Shown here: one piece after another, positions 53,931-63,327 of the stretch
Layout: each line of letters opens with the position of its first letter
Numbering within the stretch: position 1 is the stretch's first letter
Source: Luteimonas sp.
GTDB lineage: Bacteria; Pseudomonadota; Gammaproteobacteria; Xanthomonadales; Xanthomonadaceae
Direction: 5' to 3'
Length of the DNA stretch: 64,000 nt
Assembly: GCA_052090405.1 (NCBI GenBank)
Contig: JBQDAV010000004.1
Location: 11,345-75,344 of the forward strand
Position numbers and translations under genes: made by a program
Notes under the pieces: model-generated
Told to the model about the DNA's origin: nothing
Database searches by the model: none
What the model saw: only the letters and a program-made list of their open reading frames with translations

Positions 53931-54569
53931 TTAAGCCGCCCCCTCGGGATCGACGCCAACCTCGATGGTGTTGTCGTCAAGGTAGTGATGCGGAGGAACG
54001 ACCAGGTTGGTCGGCGCGGGCATGCCGGCGTAGACGCGGCCGGACATGTCGAACTTCGACTTGTGGCACGGGCAGAAGTAACCGCCCTGCCAGTTGGCGT
54101 CGAAGTCGGTGGGGCCGATCTCGGCCACCATTTCCGGCGAGCAACCCAGGTGGGTGCAGATCCCCACGAGCACGAGGACTTCCGGCCGCAGCGAGCGCGT
54201 CTCCGGATTGTCCTGCAGCACGTATCCGGGCTGCTGGTCGGTGTTTTCCGAGAGCGGGTCGCTGAGCTGGCTGTCCAGGGTCGACAACGCCTCCAGGATG
54301 GCCTGCGAGCGCCGCACGATCCACACCGGCTGGCCTCGCCATTCCACGATCAGGCGCTGGCCCGTCTGCAGGGCGCTGATGTCCACGGTCACCGGCGCGC
54401 CGGCGGTCAACGCCCGCGCGCTGGGATTCCAGGACTTGATGAACGGGATGGCGGCCACGCCGACGCCGACCGCGCCGACCACCGCCGTGCCCGCGGTCAG
54501 GAACTTGCGCCTGCCCGTGTTGACTTGATCCTCACCGCTGGCGGGATCGATCACCGCTTCATTGGCCAT
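53931..54569 (-). CDS. petA: Rieske iron-sulfur subunit of bc1 complex
   Basis: Tat motif GRRKFL, CTHLGC, CPCHKS. Confidence 0.97.
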   Translation of the reverse strand: MANEAVIDPASGEDQVNTGRRKFLTAGTAVVGAVGVGVAAIPFIKSWNPSARALTAGAPVTVDISALQTGQRLIVEWRGQPVWIVRRSQAILEALSTLDSQLSDPLSENTDQQPGYVLQDNPETRSLRPEVLVLVGICTHLGCSPEMVAEIGPTDFDANWQGGYFCPCHKSKFDMSGRVYAGMPAPTNLVVPPHHYLDDNTIEVGVDPEGAA

Positions 54570-54728
54570 CCGGCACTCCGCAAACCCTGTTCGGTAGCTG
54601 TGAAATTTGGCTGCCGCGGCACGCCCGCAGACGCGGACGGCCGCCAAAGACAATGAAGTGTAACGGAAGCCTGAATCGACCGACAATCTCTTGACAGCCC
54701 GCGCCGGAGGTGGCGGCGACCGTCCGGG

Positions 54729-55634
54729 TCAGGGCGGCGCCCCGCTGGAGGCCACCGTCTGGTGCCCGCGGTAGCGCTGGGCCAGCACGCCCACGCGCTC
54801 CACGTAGGTGCGGGTTTCGCTGTACGGGGGCACGCCGCCGTGGCGATCCACCGCACCCTCGCCGGCGTTGTAGCCGGCCGCGGCCAGGGTCAGGTCACCG
54901 TCGAAGCGCTTGAGCAGCCAGGCCAGGTACCTGACCCCGCCGCGGATGTTCTGCTGCGGATCGAAGGCGTCGGTCACTCCAAACCGCTCCGCGGTGGCCG
55001 GCATGAGCTGCATCAGGCCCTGTGCGCCCGCGTGCGAGAGCGCCTTGGGATTGAAGGCGGATTCGGCATGCATCACCGCACGCACGATCGCCTCCTCGAC
55101 CCCGAATTCAAGCGCCGCGGCGGCGACTTCATCGCGGAAGGCATCGGTGTTCAGGCGCACGTTGGCGAAGCTCACCCCGGGCGAGCCGCAGGCGTAACAG
55201 GTCTCGATGAGGCTGTAGGGGATGGTGCGCATCGCGGTGGCGCCTGCCGCGGCCGAGCCGCGCGGCGGGGTGCTGGAGTAGTGGCGCACGCCATCCTTGA
55301 TGTAGGAATAGACTTGGCCGCTGACCCGGCGGGTCCCCTGCGGGGCGGGCTTTGGCGCGGGCGCGGGCGCAGCCGATCCGCCGCCTGGGCTGCCGCCCCC
55401 CATGAAGGTCAACGGGGCAGTGCCTCCGCCGCTGCCGCTTGATGTGGACGTGGCCGCGGCCCGCGGGCGCTCGGGGCGGTAGCTGGCCGCCACCGTGCAG
55501 CTGGCGCCGCTGATGCGCTTGCTCACGTACTGGGGAACGCCGTCGGCGCCGACACAGCGATACAGGGTGCCCGCCGCCGCCGGGAAGGCCGCGCAGGCAC
55601 AAAGCGCCGCGATGAGTCCCCATACCCCCTTCAT
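54729..55634 (-). CDS. Lytic transglycosylase (SLT domain) with DUF4124-like N-terminus
   Basis: Signal peptide, LYRC…G, AVMHAESAF, GAQGLMQLMP, AGYNAG, ETRTYV. Confidence 0.9.
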   Translation of the reverse strand: MKGVWGLIAALCACAAFPAAAGTLYRCVGADGVPQYVSKRISGASCTVAASYRPERPRAAATSTSSGSGGGTAPLTFMGGGSPGGGSAAPAPAPKPAPQGTRRVSGQVYSYIKDGVRHYSSTPPRGSAAAGATAMRTIPYSLIETCYACGSPGVSFANVRLNTDAFRDEVAAAALEFGVEEAIVRAVMHAESAFNPKALSHAGAQGLMQLMPATAERFGVTDAFDPQQNIRGGVRYLAWLLKRFDGDLTLAAAGYNAGEGAVDRHGGVPPYSETRTYVERVGVLAQRYRGHQTVASSGAPP

Positions 55635-55764
55635 GACTGGCAGTGTCGCCCCATTCCCGCCGCTTGCCAAGTGCTTGTACTGCAAGGGAACGTGACCCAT
55701 TACACTATCCGGCCCTCCGATCCCGCCACCCGGCCCGGACTCACCGCCGCGACCCGGAAACGCC

Positions 55765-57105
55765 ATGACCCGCACAGGAAAACTGTTCATCCAGACCCAC
55801 GGCTGCCAGATGAACGAGTACGACTCGGCCCGCATGGCCGACGTGCTCGCCGCCGCCGAGGGCCTGGAACTGACCGACCACGCCGACGAGGCCGACGTGG
55901 TCCTGGTCAACACCTGCTCGATCCGCGAGAAGGCCCAGGAGAAGGTGTTCAGCCAGCTCGGTCGCTGGAAGTCACTCAAGGACGGTGGCAAACCCGTCCT
56001 GATCGGCGTGGGCGGCTGCGTGGCCAGCCAGGAGGGCGAGGCGATCGTCAAGCGCGCGCCCTACGTGGACCTAGTGTTCGGCCCGCAGACCCTGCACCGG
56101 CTGCCGGAGCTGATCCGCGCCAAGCGCGAGACCGGCCGGCCGCAGGTGGACATCAGCTTCCCGGAGATCGAGAAGTTCGACCGCCTGCCCGAGCCGCGCG
56201 CCGAGGGGCCGAGCGCGTTCGTCTCGATCATGGAGGGGTGTTCGAAGTACTGCTCGTTCTGCGTGGTGCCCTACACCCGCGGTACCGAGATCAGCCGGCC
56301 GTTCGAGGACGTACTGGTGGAAGTGGTGCGGCTGGCCGCCCAGGGCGTGCGCGAGGTCAACCTGCTGGGGCAGAACGTCAACGCCTACCGCGGCCCGATG
56401 GACGCGGGCGACGGGGATACCGCCGACCTGGGCCTGCTGATCCGCACCATCGCCGAGATCGACGGCATCGACCGGATCCGCTTCACCACCTCCCACCCGC
56501 TGGAGTTTTCCGATTCGCTGGTTGAGGCCTACCGCGACGTGCCGCAGCTGGCCAACTACCTGCACCTGCCGGTGCAGTCGGGCAGCGACCGGATCCTGTC
56601 GGCGATGAAGCGCGGTTACACCGCGCTCGAGTTCAAGCAGAAGATCCGCAAGCTGCGCGCGGTGCGCCCGGACATCTCGATCTCCTCGGACTTCATCGTC
56701 GGCTTCCCCGGCGAGACGGACGCCGACTTCGACAAGACCATGAAGCTCATTGAAGACGTGGGCTTCGACCAGAGCTTCTCCTTCATCTATTCGCGCCGCC
56801 CCGGCACCCCGGCCGCGGACCTGCCGGACGAGGTGTCGGACGAGGCCAAGCACGCCCGTCTTTCACGGCTGCAGGCACACATCAACGAACATTCGGCGGG
56901 CATCTCGCGGGCAATGATCGGCAGCGTGCAGAAGGTGCTGGTCACCGGCCCCTCGCGCAAGGATCCGAACGAGCTGACCGGCAAGACCGAAAACATGCGC
57001 TCGGTGAACTTCCCGGCCCCGCCGCGGCTGGTCGGGCAGTTCGTGGACGTGGTGATCACCGAGGCGCTCGCCAATTCCCTGCGCGGCCGGGTGCAGGTCG
57101 CCTGA
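55765..57105 (+). CDS. miaB: tRNA-2-methylthio-N6-dimethylallyladenosine synthase
   Basis: [26 protein letters not shown] radical-SAM motif, C-terminal TRAM domain. Confidence 0.98.
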   Translation: MTRTGKLFIQTHGCQMNEYDSARMADVLAAAEGLELTDHADEADVVLVNTCSIREKAQEKVFSQLGRWKSLKDGGKPVLIGVGGCVASQEGEAIVKRAPYVDLVFGPQTLHRLPELIRAKRETGRPQVDISFPEIEKFDRLPEPRAEGPSAFVSIMEGCSKYCSFCVVPYTRGTEISRPFEDVLVEVVRLAAQGVREVNLLGQNVNAYRGPMDAGDGDTADLGLLIRTIAEIDGIDRIRFTTSHPLEFSDSLVEAYRDVPQLANYLHLPVQSGSDRILSAMKRGYTALEFKQKIRKLRAVRPDISISSDFIVGFPGETDADFDKTMKLIEDVGFDQSFSFIYSRRPGTPAADLPDEVSDEAKHARLSRLQAHINEHSAGISRAMIGSVQKVLVTGPSRKDPNELTGKTENMRSVNFPAPPRLVGQFVDVVITEALANSLRGRVQVA

Positions 57106-57120
57106 CGCCGGCCTCCCTGC

Positions 57121-57147
57121 GCAGGAGCGCGCATGGCGCGCCCCTGC
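57121..57147 (+). repeat. REP-like palindrome (similar to 49026-49051)
   Basis: GCAGGAGCGCGC-atg-GCGCGCCCCTGC versus CAGGAGCGCGC-acg-GCGCGCGCCTGC. Confidence 0.55.
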
Positions 57148-57162
57148 GCCCCCCCGCCGGGG

Positions 57163-58260
57163 TCAATCCAGGCGCTTGCGGAACTGGCTGATCGCAACCG
57201 TCATGGTCACCCCCGTGAACGCCACAAGCGCCAGCACCGCCGGCCACAGCTCCCAGATGCTTGCACCGCGCAGCATCACCCCGCGGATCAGGCGCAGGAA
57301 CTGGGTCATCGGCAGTACTTCGGCGCCCCACTGCACCACGTCGGGCATGCCGGCGAAGGGGAACATGAAGCCGGAGATCAGGATCGAAGGCAGGAACACC
57401 AGCATCGCCACCTGAATCGCCTGGAACTGGGTCTTGGTATGGGTGCTGATCAGCAGCCCGATCGCCAGGTTGGCGGCAATCAGCAGCAGCGCGGCGATGT
57501 AGACGTCCAGCAGGCTGCCGCGCAGCGGAATCGCGAACAGCCAGAACCCCAGGGCGAGGATCAGCGTGGTCTGGATGAGCCCGATCACCGCGTACGGCAG
57601 CACCTTGCCGATCATCAGCGCGCTGCGGCTGAGCGGGGTGGCGATCAGCAGCTCCATGTTGCCGCGCTCGCGCTCGCGCACCGCTGCCATCGCGGTGAAC
57701 ATCATCATGGTCATGGTCAGGATGATGCCGATCAGCCCGGGCACGATCGTCACCGCGGACCGGCGCTCCGGGTTGTAGAAGCTCACCACCTCGATCTGCG
57801 ACGCATGCGGCGGGGGATGCACGCCGTTGGGCGCTTCCAGCGGCATCTGCGCAAGCTGGTTGGCGGCCGCCTGCACCACGGTGTCGGTGCCGTCCACCAT
57901 CACCTGCACCGCGGGCCGGCCGTCGGCCAGGCGGCGCTCGTAGTCGGGCGGGATGGCGATGCCGACGCTGACCTCCCCGCGCCGCAGCATGTCCACCAGC
58001 TGCTGCGGGCTGCTGGCCACCTGCTGGAGTTCGATGACGCCCGTGGCGGCCATGTCCATCACCGCCGCGCGCGAGGTGGCGGTCATCGCCTGGTCGACCA
58101 CGGCCGTGTCCAGGTTGCGCGGATTGAGGTTGATCGCGTAGCCGAACAGCAGCAGGTCGATCACCGGGATCGCCACGATCATCACCACGCTGATCCGGTC
58201 GCGGCGCATCTGCCGCAGCTCCTTCAGGGCCACGGCCCACATCCTCCGGAGGTTCTTCAT
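57163..58260 (-). CDS. ABC-2 type transporter permease
   Basis: KELRQMRRDR, YNP, VPGLIG, ERERGNMELL, GKVLPY, LISGFMFP. Confidence 0.93.
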   Translation of the reverse strand: MKNLRRMWAVALKELRQMRRDRISVVMIVAIPVIDLLLFGYAINLNPRNLDTAVVDQAMTATSRAAVMDMAATGVIELQQVASSPQQLVDMLRRGEVSVGIAIPPDYERRLADGRPAVQVMVDGTDTVVQAAANQLAQMPLEAPNGVHPPPHASQIEVVSFYNPERRSAVTIVPGLIGIILTMTMMMFTAMAAVRERERGNMELLIATPLSRSALMIGKVLPYAVIGLIQTTLILALGFWLFAIPLRGSLLDVYIAALLLIAANLAIGLLISTHTKTQFQAIQVAMLVFLPSILISGFMFPFAGMPDVVQWGAEVLPMTQFLRLIRGVMLRGASIWELWPAVLALVAFTGVTMTVAISQFRKRLD

Positions 58261-59246
58261 TCGCCGGCCCCTTCATCCGCGCGCCCGTGGGTGGCGGCGA
58301 CGAACACGTCTTCCAGGTTGGCCGCGACCGGCTCCACTTCGCCTTCGAACCCCGCCTTGTCCAGCGCCTCGCGGACCGCCTGGGCGCTGTCCTGCCCCGG
58401 TGCGGACAACACCCGCAGGCTGTTGCCGATCTGGGCGACGCTGAGCACCCCCGGCAGCCCGGCCAGGGCCTGCTGTGCCCGGCGCGGCTGCTTCGCACTC
58501 ACCTGCACGCTGCGTCCACGCAGGTCCGCGGCGAGCTTGCCGGGAGCGCCATCGGCCACCAGCACGCCGCGATCGAGGATGGCGATGCGGTGGCAGCGCT
58601 CGGCCTCGTCCATGTAGTGGGTGGACACCAGCAGGGTGGTGCCGGTATCGGCCAGTTCGAAGAGCTTTTCCCAGAAGTCGCGGCGCGATTCCGGATCGAC
58701 CGCGCTGGTCGGCTCGTCCAGGAACAGCAGTTCGGGCTCGTGGATCACCGCCGCGGCCAGCGCCAGGCGCTGCTTCTGGCCACCACTCATGGTGCCGGCG
58801 AGCTGCTGTTGGCGGTCGCCGAAGTGGTAGCGATCGACCAGCTCGTCCACCCGCCGGCGGGTGGCGGCGCGGTCCAGGCCATACACGGCGGCAAGGAATT
58901 CCAGGTTCTCGCGCACCGTGAGGTCCTCGAACAGCGAGAACTTCTGGGTCATGTAGCCGATCCGCAGGCGCAGGGCTTCGGCCTGTTCGGGCACGCGCAG
59001 GCCAAGCACCTCGATCTCGCCATCGCTGGGGGTCAGCAGGCCGCACAGCATGCGGATGGTGGTGGACTTGCCCGAGCCGTTGGGGCCGAGGAAGCCGTAC
59101 ACATGGGCACGCGGAACGGTCAGGTCCACGTTGTCCACGGCAACCAGGTCGCCGAAGCGCCGGGTCAGTCCGCGCGCGCGGATCGCCGGCCGCGCGTCTC
59201 CGGCGTCGCCGGGCGTGGATTGCGTTGCGTCCTCCACCCCCGTCAC
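58257..59246 (-). CDS. ABC transporter ATP-binding protein
   Basis: GPNGSGKST, MSGGQKQR, LFLDEPT, STHYMDEAE. Confidence 0.95.
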   Translation of the reverse strand: MTGVEDATQSTPGDAGDARPAIRARGLTRRFGDLVAVDNVDLTVPRAHVYGFLGPNGSGKSTTIRMLCGLLTPSDGEIEVLGLRVPEQAEALRLRIGYMTQKFSLFEDLTVRENLEFLAAVYGLDRAATRRRVDELVDRYHFGDRQQQLAGTMSGGQKQRLALAAAVIHEPELLFLDEPTSAVDPESRRDFWEKLFELADTGTTLLVSTHYMDEAERCHRIAILDRGVLVADGAPGKLAADLRGRSVQVSAKQPRRAQQALAGLPGVLSVAQIGNSLRVLSAPGQDSAQAVREALDKAGFEGEVEPVAANLEDVFVAATHGRADEGAGE

Positions 59247-60217
59247 TGCCCGCCGCCGAACTCGACCCGCACCGGCAGGCCCGCCGGCAACCCGCCGGCA
59301 TCCGGTTCCAGCTGCACTTCGGCCAGGTAGCCCAGGCGGGCGGCGTCATCGCCGGTGAGCGCGTAATAAGGGGTAAACGCGGGTTCGCTGCGAATCATCC
59401 GCACCTGGCCCGCATAGGTGCGCCCGCTGCCTTCAAGCCGCACCCGCACCCGGTCGCCAACGTCCACCTGCTCGCGGATCGGCTGCGGCACGTGGATGCG
59501 CGCATAGGGCGCGTCGCCCACCAGCAGCACCGCCAGCGGCGCACCGACCGGCGCCTGGTCACCGCTGCGGTATGGCAGGCTGTCGACGCGGCCGGCGCGC
59601 GGGGCCACCACACTGAGCTTTTCCGCCGTGGCCTCCTCCGCCCGGAACCGGGCCTGCGCGGCCTGCAGCGCCGCGCCGGCCTGGGCAAGCTGCTCGGGCC
59701 GGGCGCCGTTGAGCAGTTCGTCCAGCGCCGCCTGCCCGGCGCGCACCTGCGCATCGGCGCTTTCGGCGGCCGCGCGCGCGGCGTCGACATCGGATTCGGA
59801 CACCAGCTGCTCGCGCCCCAGCGGCTCCAGCCGCCGGTAGCGGGCGCCGGCATCGCGCGCCTGCGCCTGCGCCGCGACCAGGCTGGCGCGGGCCTGGTCG
59901 ATGTCTTCCTGGCGCGGCCCGGCCTGCAGTTCCAGCAGCGCTTCGCGCCGCTGGGTGGCTTCGGCCAGGCTCGCGCTCAGGCGCGCATCGCCGCGGGTGC
60001 GCTCGAGCGTGAGCAGCGCCGCGCCCTCCCCTACCCGCTGGCCCTCGCGCACGTGGATGCCGACGATGCGTTCGCCCTCCGGCGCGGGCACGGTGATGCG
60101 GTCGTACTCCAGCGTGCCCAGCGCCTGCGGCGCACCGTTGCCGCAGCCGGCCAGGGTGAACAGGGCCGCCAGGACCAGCGCCGCGGAGCGGTGCGAAGGG
60201 AGGATGGCAAGACTCAT
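59243..60217 (-). CDS. HlyD family periplasmic adaptor lipoprotein
   Basis: Lipobox LAGC, VREGQRV, coiled coil, APRAGRV, FTPY, GLPVRV. Confidence 0.9.
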   Translation of the reverse strand: MSLAILPSHRSAALVLAALFTLAGCGNGAPQALGTLEYDRITVPAPEGERIVGIHVREGQRVGEGAALLTLERTRGDARLSASLAEATQRREALLELQAGPRQEDIDQARASLVAAQAQARDAGARYRRLEPLGREQLVSESDVDAARAAAESADAQVRAGQAALDELLNGARPEQLAQAGAALQAAQARFRAEEATAEKLSVVAPRAGRVDSLPYRSGDQAPVGAPLAVLLVGDAPYARIHVPQPIREQVDVGDRVRVRLEGSGRTYAGQVRMIRSEPAFTPYYALTGDDAARLGYLAEVQLEPDAGGLPAGLPVRVEFGGGQ

Positions 60218-60900
60218 TCGGAAAGCTCCAGTCCGCGCTCGACCAGGGCAAGCGCGTGGGTGCGGATGTGGTTGATGTCCAGCGCCTCGCCTTCGAAAAG
60301 CTGGCGCCAGATCGGCAGCCCGGCGGCGGGGAACAGGGTCAGCCCGACCAGCGACACCATCAGCAGGCGCGGGTCGAGCGCCGGGTTGAGGCGGCCAGCG
60401 GCCTGCTCGGCGGCGATCTTCGCGGTCATGATGCGGGTGATTTCCGGCGCCATCCGGGTCACAAGCAGGTCGCGCAGGCTGCCGCCTTCGCTGACCACCT
60501 CACGTATCCACAGCGCCGGCATCCAGGCGTGCTCCCCGACCAGCGCGCAAAGGTGGTCGATGAAGCCCTCCAGCACCTGGCGCAGGGTGGCATCCGGCAT
60601 TCCGATCAGACCATCGCGCACCTGTTCGAACACCGGCATCAGCCGTCCGGCGATAACCGCATCGCGCAGGCCCGACGCGTCGCTGAAGTAGTAGTGCAGC
60701 GTTGCCGGCGTCACCCCCGCCTCGGCGGCGATATCGCGCAACGTGGTGGCGGCGATGCCGCGGCGCACGTAGCAGGCCAGCGCGGCGTCGAGGAGGCGCT
60801 CCCGCGGTTCCGGGCCGGCACCTGCGGCCGGACGACCGGGGGATCGACGTTGGTGCACGGGGGACGGCGGGGCTTGCCCGGGAGAACGCTTGTCAGCCAT
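60214..60900 (-). CDS. TetR/AcrR family transcriptional regulator
   Basis: RERLLDAA…GIAATTLRDIAAEAGVTPATLHYYF. Confidence 0.93.
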   Translation of the reverse strand: MADKRSPGQAPPSPVHQRRSPGRPAAGAGPEPRERLLDAALACYVRRGIAATTLRDIAAEAGVTPATLHYYFSDASGLRDAVIAGRLMPVFEQVRDGLIGMPDATLRQVLEGFIDHLCALVGEHAWMPALWIREVVSEGGSLRDLLVTRMAPEITRIMTAKIAAEQAAGRLNPALDPRLLMVSLVGLTLFPAAGLPIWRQLFEGEALDINHIRTHALALVERGLELSE

Positions 60901-60908
60901 GCGACATA

Positions 60909-60926
60909 ATTAACTAATCAGTTAAT
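60909..60926. promoter_or_regulatory. Candidate TetR operator
   Basis: Perfect inverted repeat ATTAACT-aatc-AGTTAAT in an AT-rich patch 8 nt upstream of the tetR start. Confidence 0.75.
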
Positions 60927-60984
60927 AAAATACAATCGCTGCCGGTGGGCGGTTCATCCGGCGTTTGCCGTCCGCCCTGGGGTG

Positions 60985-61764
60985 CTAGTCCCGCGTTCCG
61001 GCCCGCGGTGGGGCTGCTTCCGGTCGCGTCGCCACCCCGCGCAGCGAGTCGAGCAGCGAGAACACCCACGGCCGCAGCGCCAGCAGCATGCCGACGCTGC
61101 TCTTTTGCTCCCGGGGCAGCCCGGCATCCACCAGGGCCATTTCGCGGAACTCGATGGCCAGGTGCTCGAGCTTGCGCTGCAGCACCGCCAGCGAGCTGTC
61201 ACCCAGCTCGCGCACCTCCATGGCCAGCAGCGCCTCGCGGCCGTGGAAGGGGTCGCGCAGGAACTCGCGGGTGGCCGCCTGCGCGTAGCGGATGCGGACG
61301 GGGCCGCCTTCGCGCCACTGGAAATCACGCGCCACCCGCAGGCGGACGCGGTCGCCCGGCAGCAGCTCAATCAGGCGCAGGCCGTCGAGCCTGGCCAGCA
61401 GCAGCGTGGCTTCCGGGCCGTCGAGCCCGAACTCGCGCCGGATCGCCGGGACTTCCCAGTCGTTGCACAGCAGGTGGAAAACCAGCAGCAGCCGGGAATC
61501 GTCGGCAAGCGCTTCCTCCTGCGCCGGCTCCAGGTGCCTGGGCCCCGCGCGTGCGCCGCGCGCCAGACGGGCAAGTTCGAAAAGATCGATGTCCAGCAGC
61601 CCGCAGATCCGCTCCAGCCGCGCCAGGTCGATGCGGCCGGTGGAAAACATGCGCTTGACCGTTGGCTCGGAAACGCCAAGGGCGTGGGCAAGGTCCGCAT
61701 AGCGCATGCCGCGCTGCCGGAGGATCTGCTTCAGCGCGCGCAGCAGGCGGTCGCGTTCGCTCAT
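60985..61764 (-). CDS. XRE-family HTH transcriptional regulator
   Basis: LKQILRQRGMRYADLAHALGVSEPTVKRMF N-terminal HTH; second winged-helix-like region (LARLDGLRLIELLPG). Confidence 0.85.
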   Translation of the reverse strand: MSERDRLLRALKQILRQRGMRYADLAHALGVSEPTVKRMFSTGRIDLARLERICGLLDIDLFELARLARGARAGPRHLEPAQEEALADDSRLLLVFHLLCNDWEVPAIRREFGLDGPEATLLLARLDGLRLIELLPGDRVRLRVARDFQWREGGPVRIRYAQAATREFLRDPFHGREALLAMEVRELGDSSLAVLQRKLEHLAIEFREMALVDAGLPREQKSSVGMLLALRPWVFSLLDSLRGVATRPEAAPPRAGTRD

Positions 61765-61798
61765 CGACGTCTCCAGTTCCTCGATCGGGGGCCGCTCG

Positions 61799-61845
61799 GT
61801 ATCTGATTTTTATACTTTCGTTCGTTTTCTTGCAAACAACGATAC
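61799..61845. promoter_or_regulatory. Candidate operator(s) of the XRE regulator in the divergent promoter
   Basis: GTATC-N7-TATAC (61799-61815) and a second GATAC half-site (61841-61845) in an AT-rich intergenic region. Confidence 0.45.
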
Positions 61846-61887
61846 TCACTGAGAGCTTTGCATCTCCTTCGACAGCCCGCTTCGCCG

Positions 61888-63327
61888 ATGCCCTCGCTCG
61901 CCTCCCGAACCGGACCAGCCACGCCCGCCATGCCGGGCGAAACCCTCCTCAACGACGTCCACTCACGCCTGAACCGGACCAGGATCGGTTCCGTCCTGCA
62001 GCCGACCGACGTGCACGAGGCCATCGCCGCGGTGCGCGCCAGCGCGCGGGCCGGACAGCCGCTGGCCGTCATGGGCGCCCGCCATGCCATGGGTGGGCAG
62101 CAGTTCCTGTCCGGCGGCCGGGTGCTGGACCTCTCGGCGCTCGACCGCATCACGGGCTTCGACCCCGACCGCGGCCTGGTGACGGTGCAAGCGGGCATCC
62201 GCTGGCCCGCCCTGCTCCGCTGGCTTGCCACGCACCCCGGCAACGCGCGCGGCTGGACCATCCGGCAGAAGCAGACCGGCGCCGACGACTTCAGCCTGGG
62301 CGGCGCGCTGGCATCCAATATCCACGGCCGCGGACTGGCGTTCGCGCCGTTCGTCGACGATGTCGAATCGCTGATCCTGGTCGACGCCAGCGGCCAGCTG
62401 GTGACCGCCAGCCGCACCGTGAACGCGGAACTGTTCGCGCTGGTGGCCGGCGGCTACGGCCTGTTCGGCGCGGTGGTCGAGCTCACCCTGCGCCTGGTGC
62501 CGCGCACCACGCTGCGGCGCGAGGTCCGGATGACCCGTGCCACGCGGCTGATGGATGACTTCGACGCCGCGATCGCGTCCGGCTGCACCTACGGCGATTT
62601 CCAGTTCAGCGTGGATGCGGCCAGCAGCGACTTCCTCGACCTGGGCATCCTGTCCTGCTACCGCCCAGTGGTCGGCGAACCCGACCGGATGCAACGGCGA
62701 ACCCTGGAGGCGGAGGATTTTTCCCGGCTGCTGGCGCTGGCGCACACCAGCCCCGGCCGCGCATTCGACGAATACGCCGCGTTCTACCTGGCCAGCCACG
62801 GCCAGCGCTACGCCAGCGACGAACAGCAGTCCGGCGTGTACCTGGGCGACTATCACGCCGGCATCGATGCGTGCCTGGGCCACGCCGGATCGGAAATGAT
62901 CACCGAGCTCTACGTGCCGCGCGCATGCCTGGCCGACTTCCTTGGCGACGCGGCCCGGACGCTGCGACGCACCGGCGCCCAGGCCATCTACGGCACCGTG
63001 CGCCTGATCGAACGCGACCGCGACAGCCTCCTGGCCTGGGCGCGCGAGCCGTGGGCCTGCGTGGTCTTCAACCTGCACGTGCGCCATGACACCGCCGGCC
63101 TCGCCACGGCGGCGCACAGCTTCCGCGCGCTGATCGACCTGGCCCTGGCCCACGCCGGCAACTACTACCTCACCTACCACCGCTGGGCGACGCGGGAACA
63201 GGTGGAGGCTGCACACCCGCGGTTCGCTGAATTCCTGCGCGCCAAGCGCGCCTTCGACCCGGCCGGGCGCTGGTGCAGCGACTGGTACCGCCACCATTGC
63301 CATCTGTTCGGCCTGCCGCCGGCATGA
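61888..63327 (+). CDS. FAD-binding oxidoreductase (VAO/PCMH fold)
   Basis: GARHAMGGQQF, VQAGIRW, SLGGALASNIHGRG, AGGYGLFGAV, YYLTYH, KRAFDP. Start 61888 or 61930 uncertain. Confidence 0.88.
   Translation: MPSLASRTGPATPAMPGETLLNDVHSRLNRTRIGSVLQPTDVHEAIAAVRASARAGQPLAVMGARHAMGGQQFLSGGRVLDLSALDRITGFDPDRGLVTVQAGIRWPALLRWLATHPGNARGWTIRQKQTGADDFSLGGALASNIHGRGLAFAPFVDDVESLILVDASGQLVTASRTVNAELFALVAGGYGLFGAVVELTLRLVPRTTLRREVRMTRATRLMDDFDAAIASGCTYGDFQFSVDAASSDFLDLGILSCYRPVVGEPDRMQRRTLEAEDFSRLLALAHTSPGRAFDEYAAFYLASHGQRYASDEQQSGVYLGDYHAGIDACLGHAGSEMITELYVPRACLADFLGDAARTLRRTGAQAIYGTVRLIERDRDSLLAWAREPWACVVFNLHVRHDTAGLATAAHSFRALIDLALAHAGNYYLTYHRWATREQVEAAHPRFAEFLRAKRAFDPAGRWCSDWYRHHCHLFGLPPA

Noticed and set aside
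54680-54697. Pho-box-like CTGTCAA-GAGA-TTGTCGG upstream of petA
   Set aside because: The second half is poor and no -10 lies 10 nt downstream; better explained as a -35 (TTGTCG) paired with TACACT at 54662-54657.
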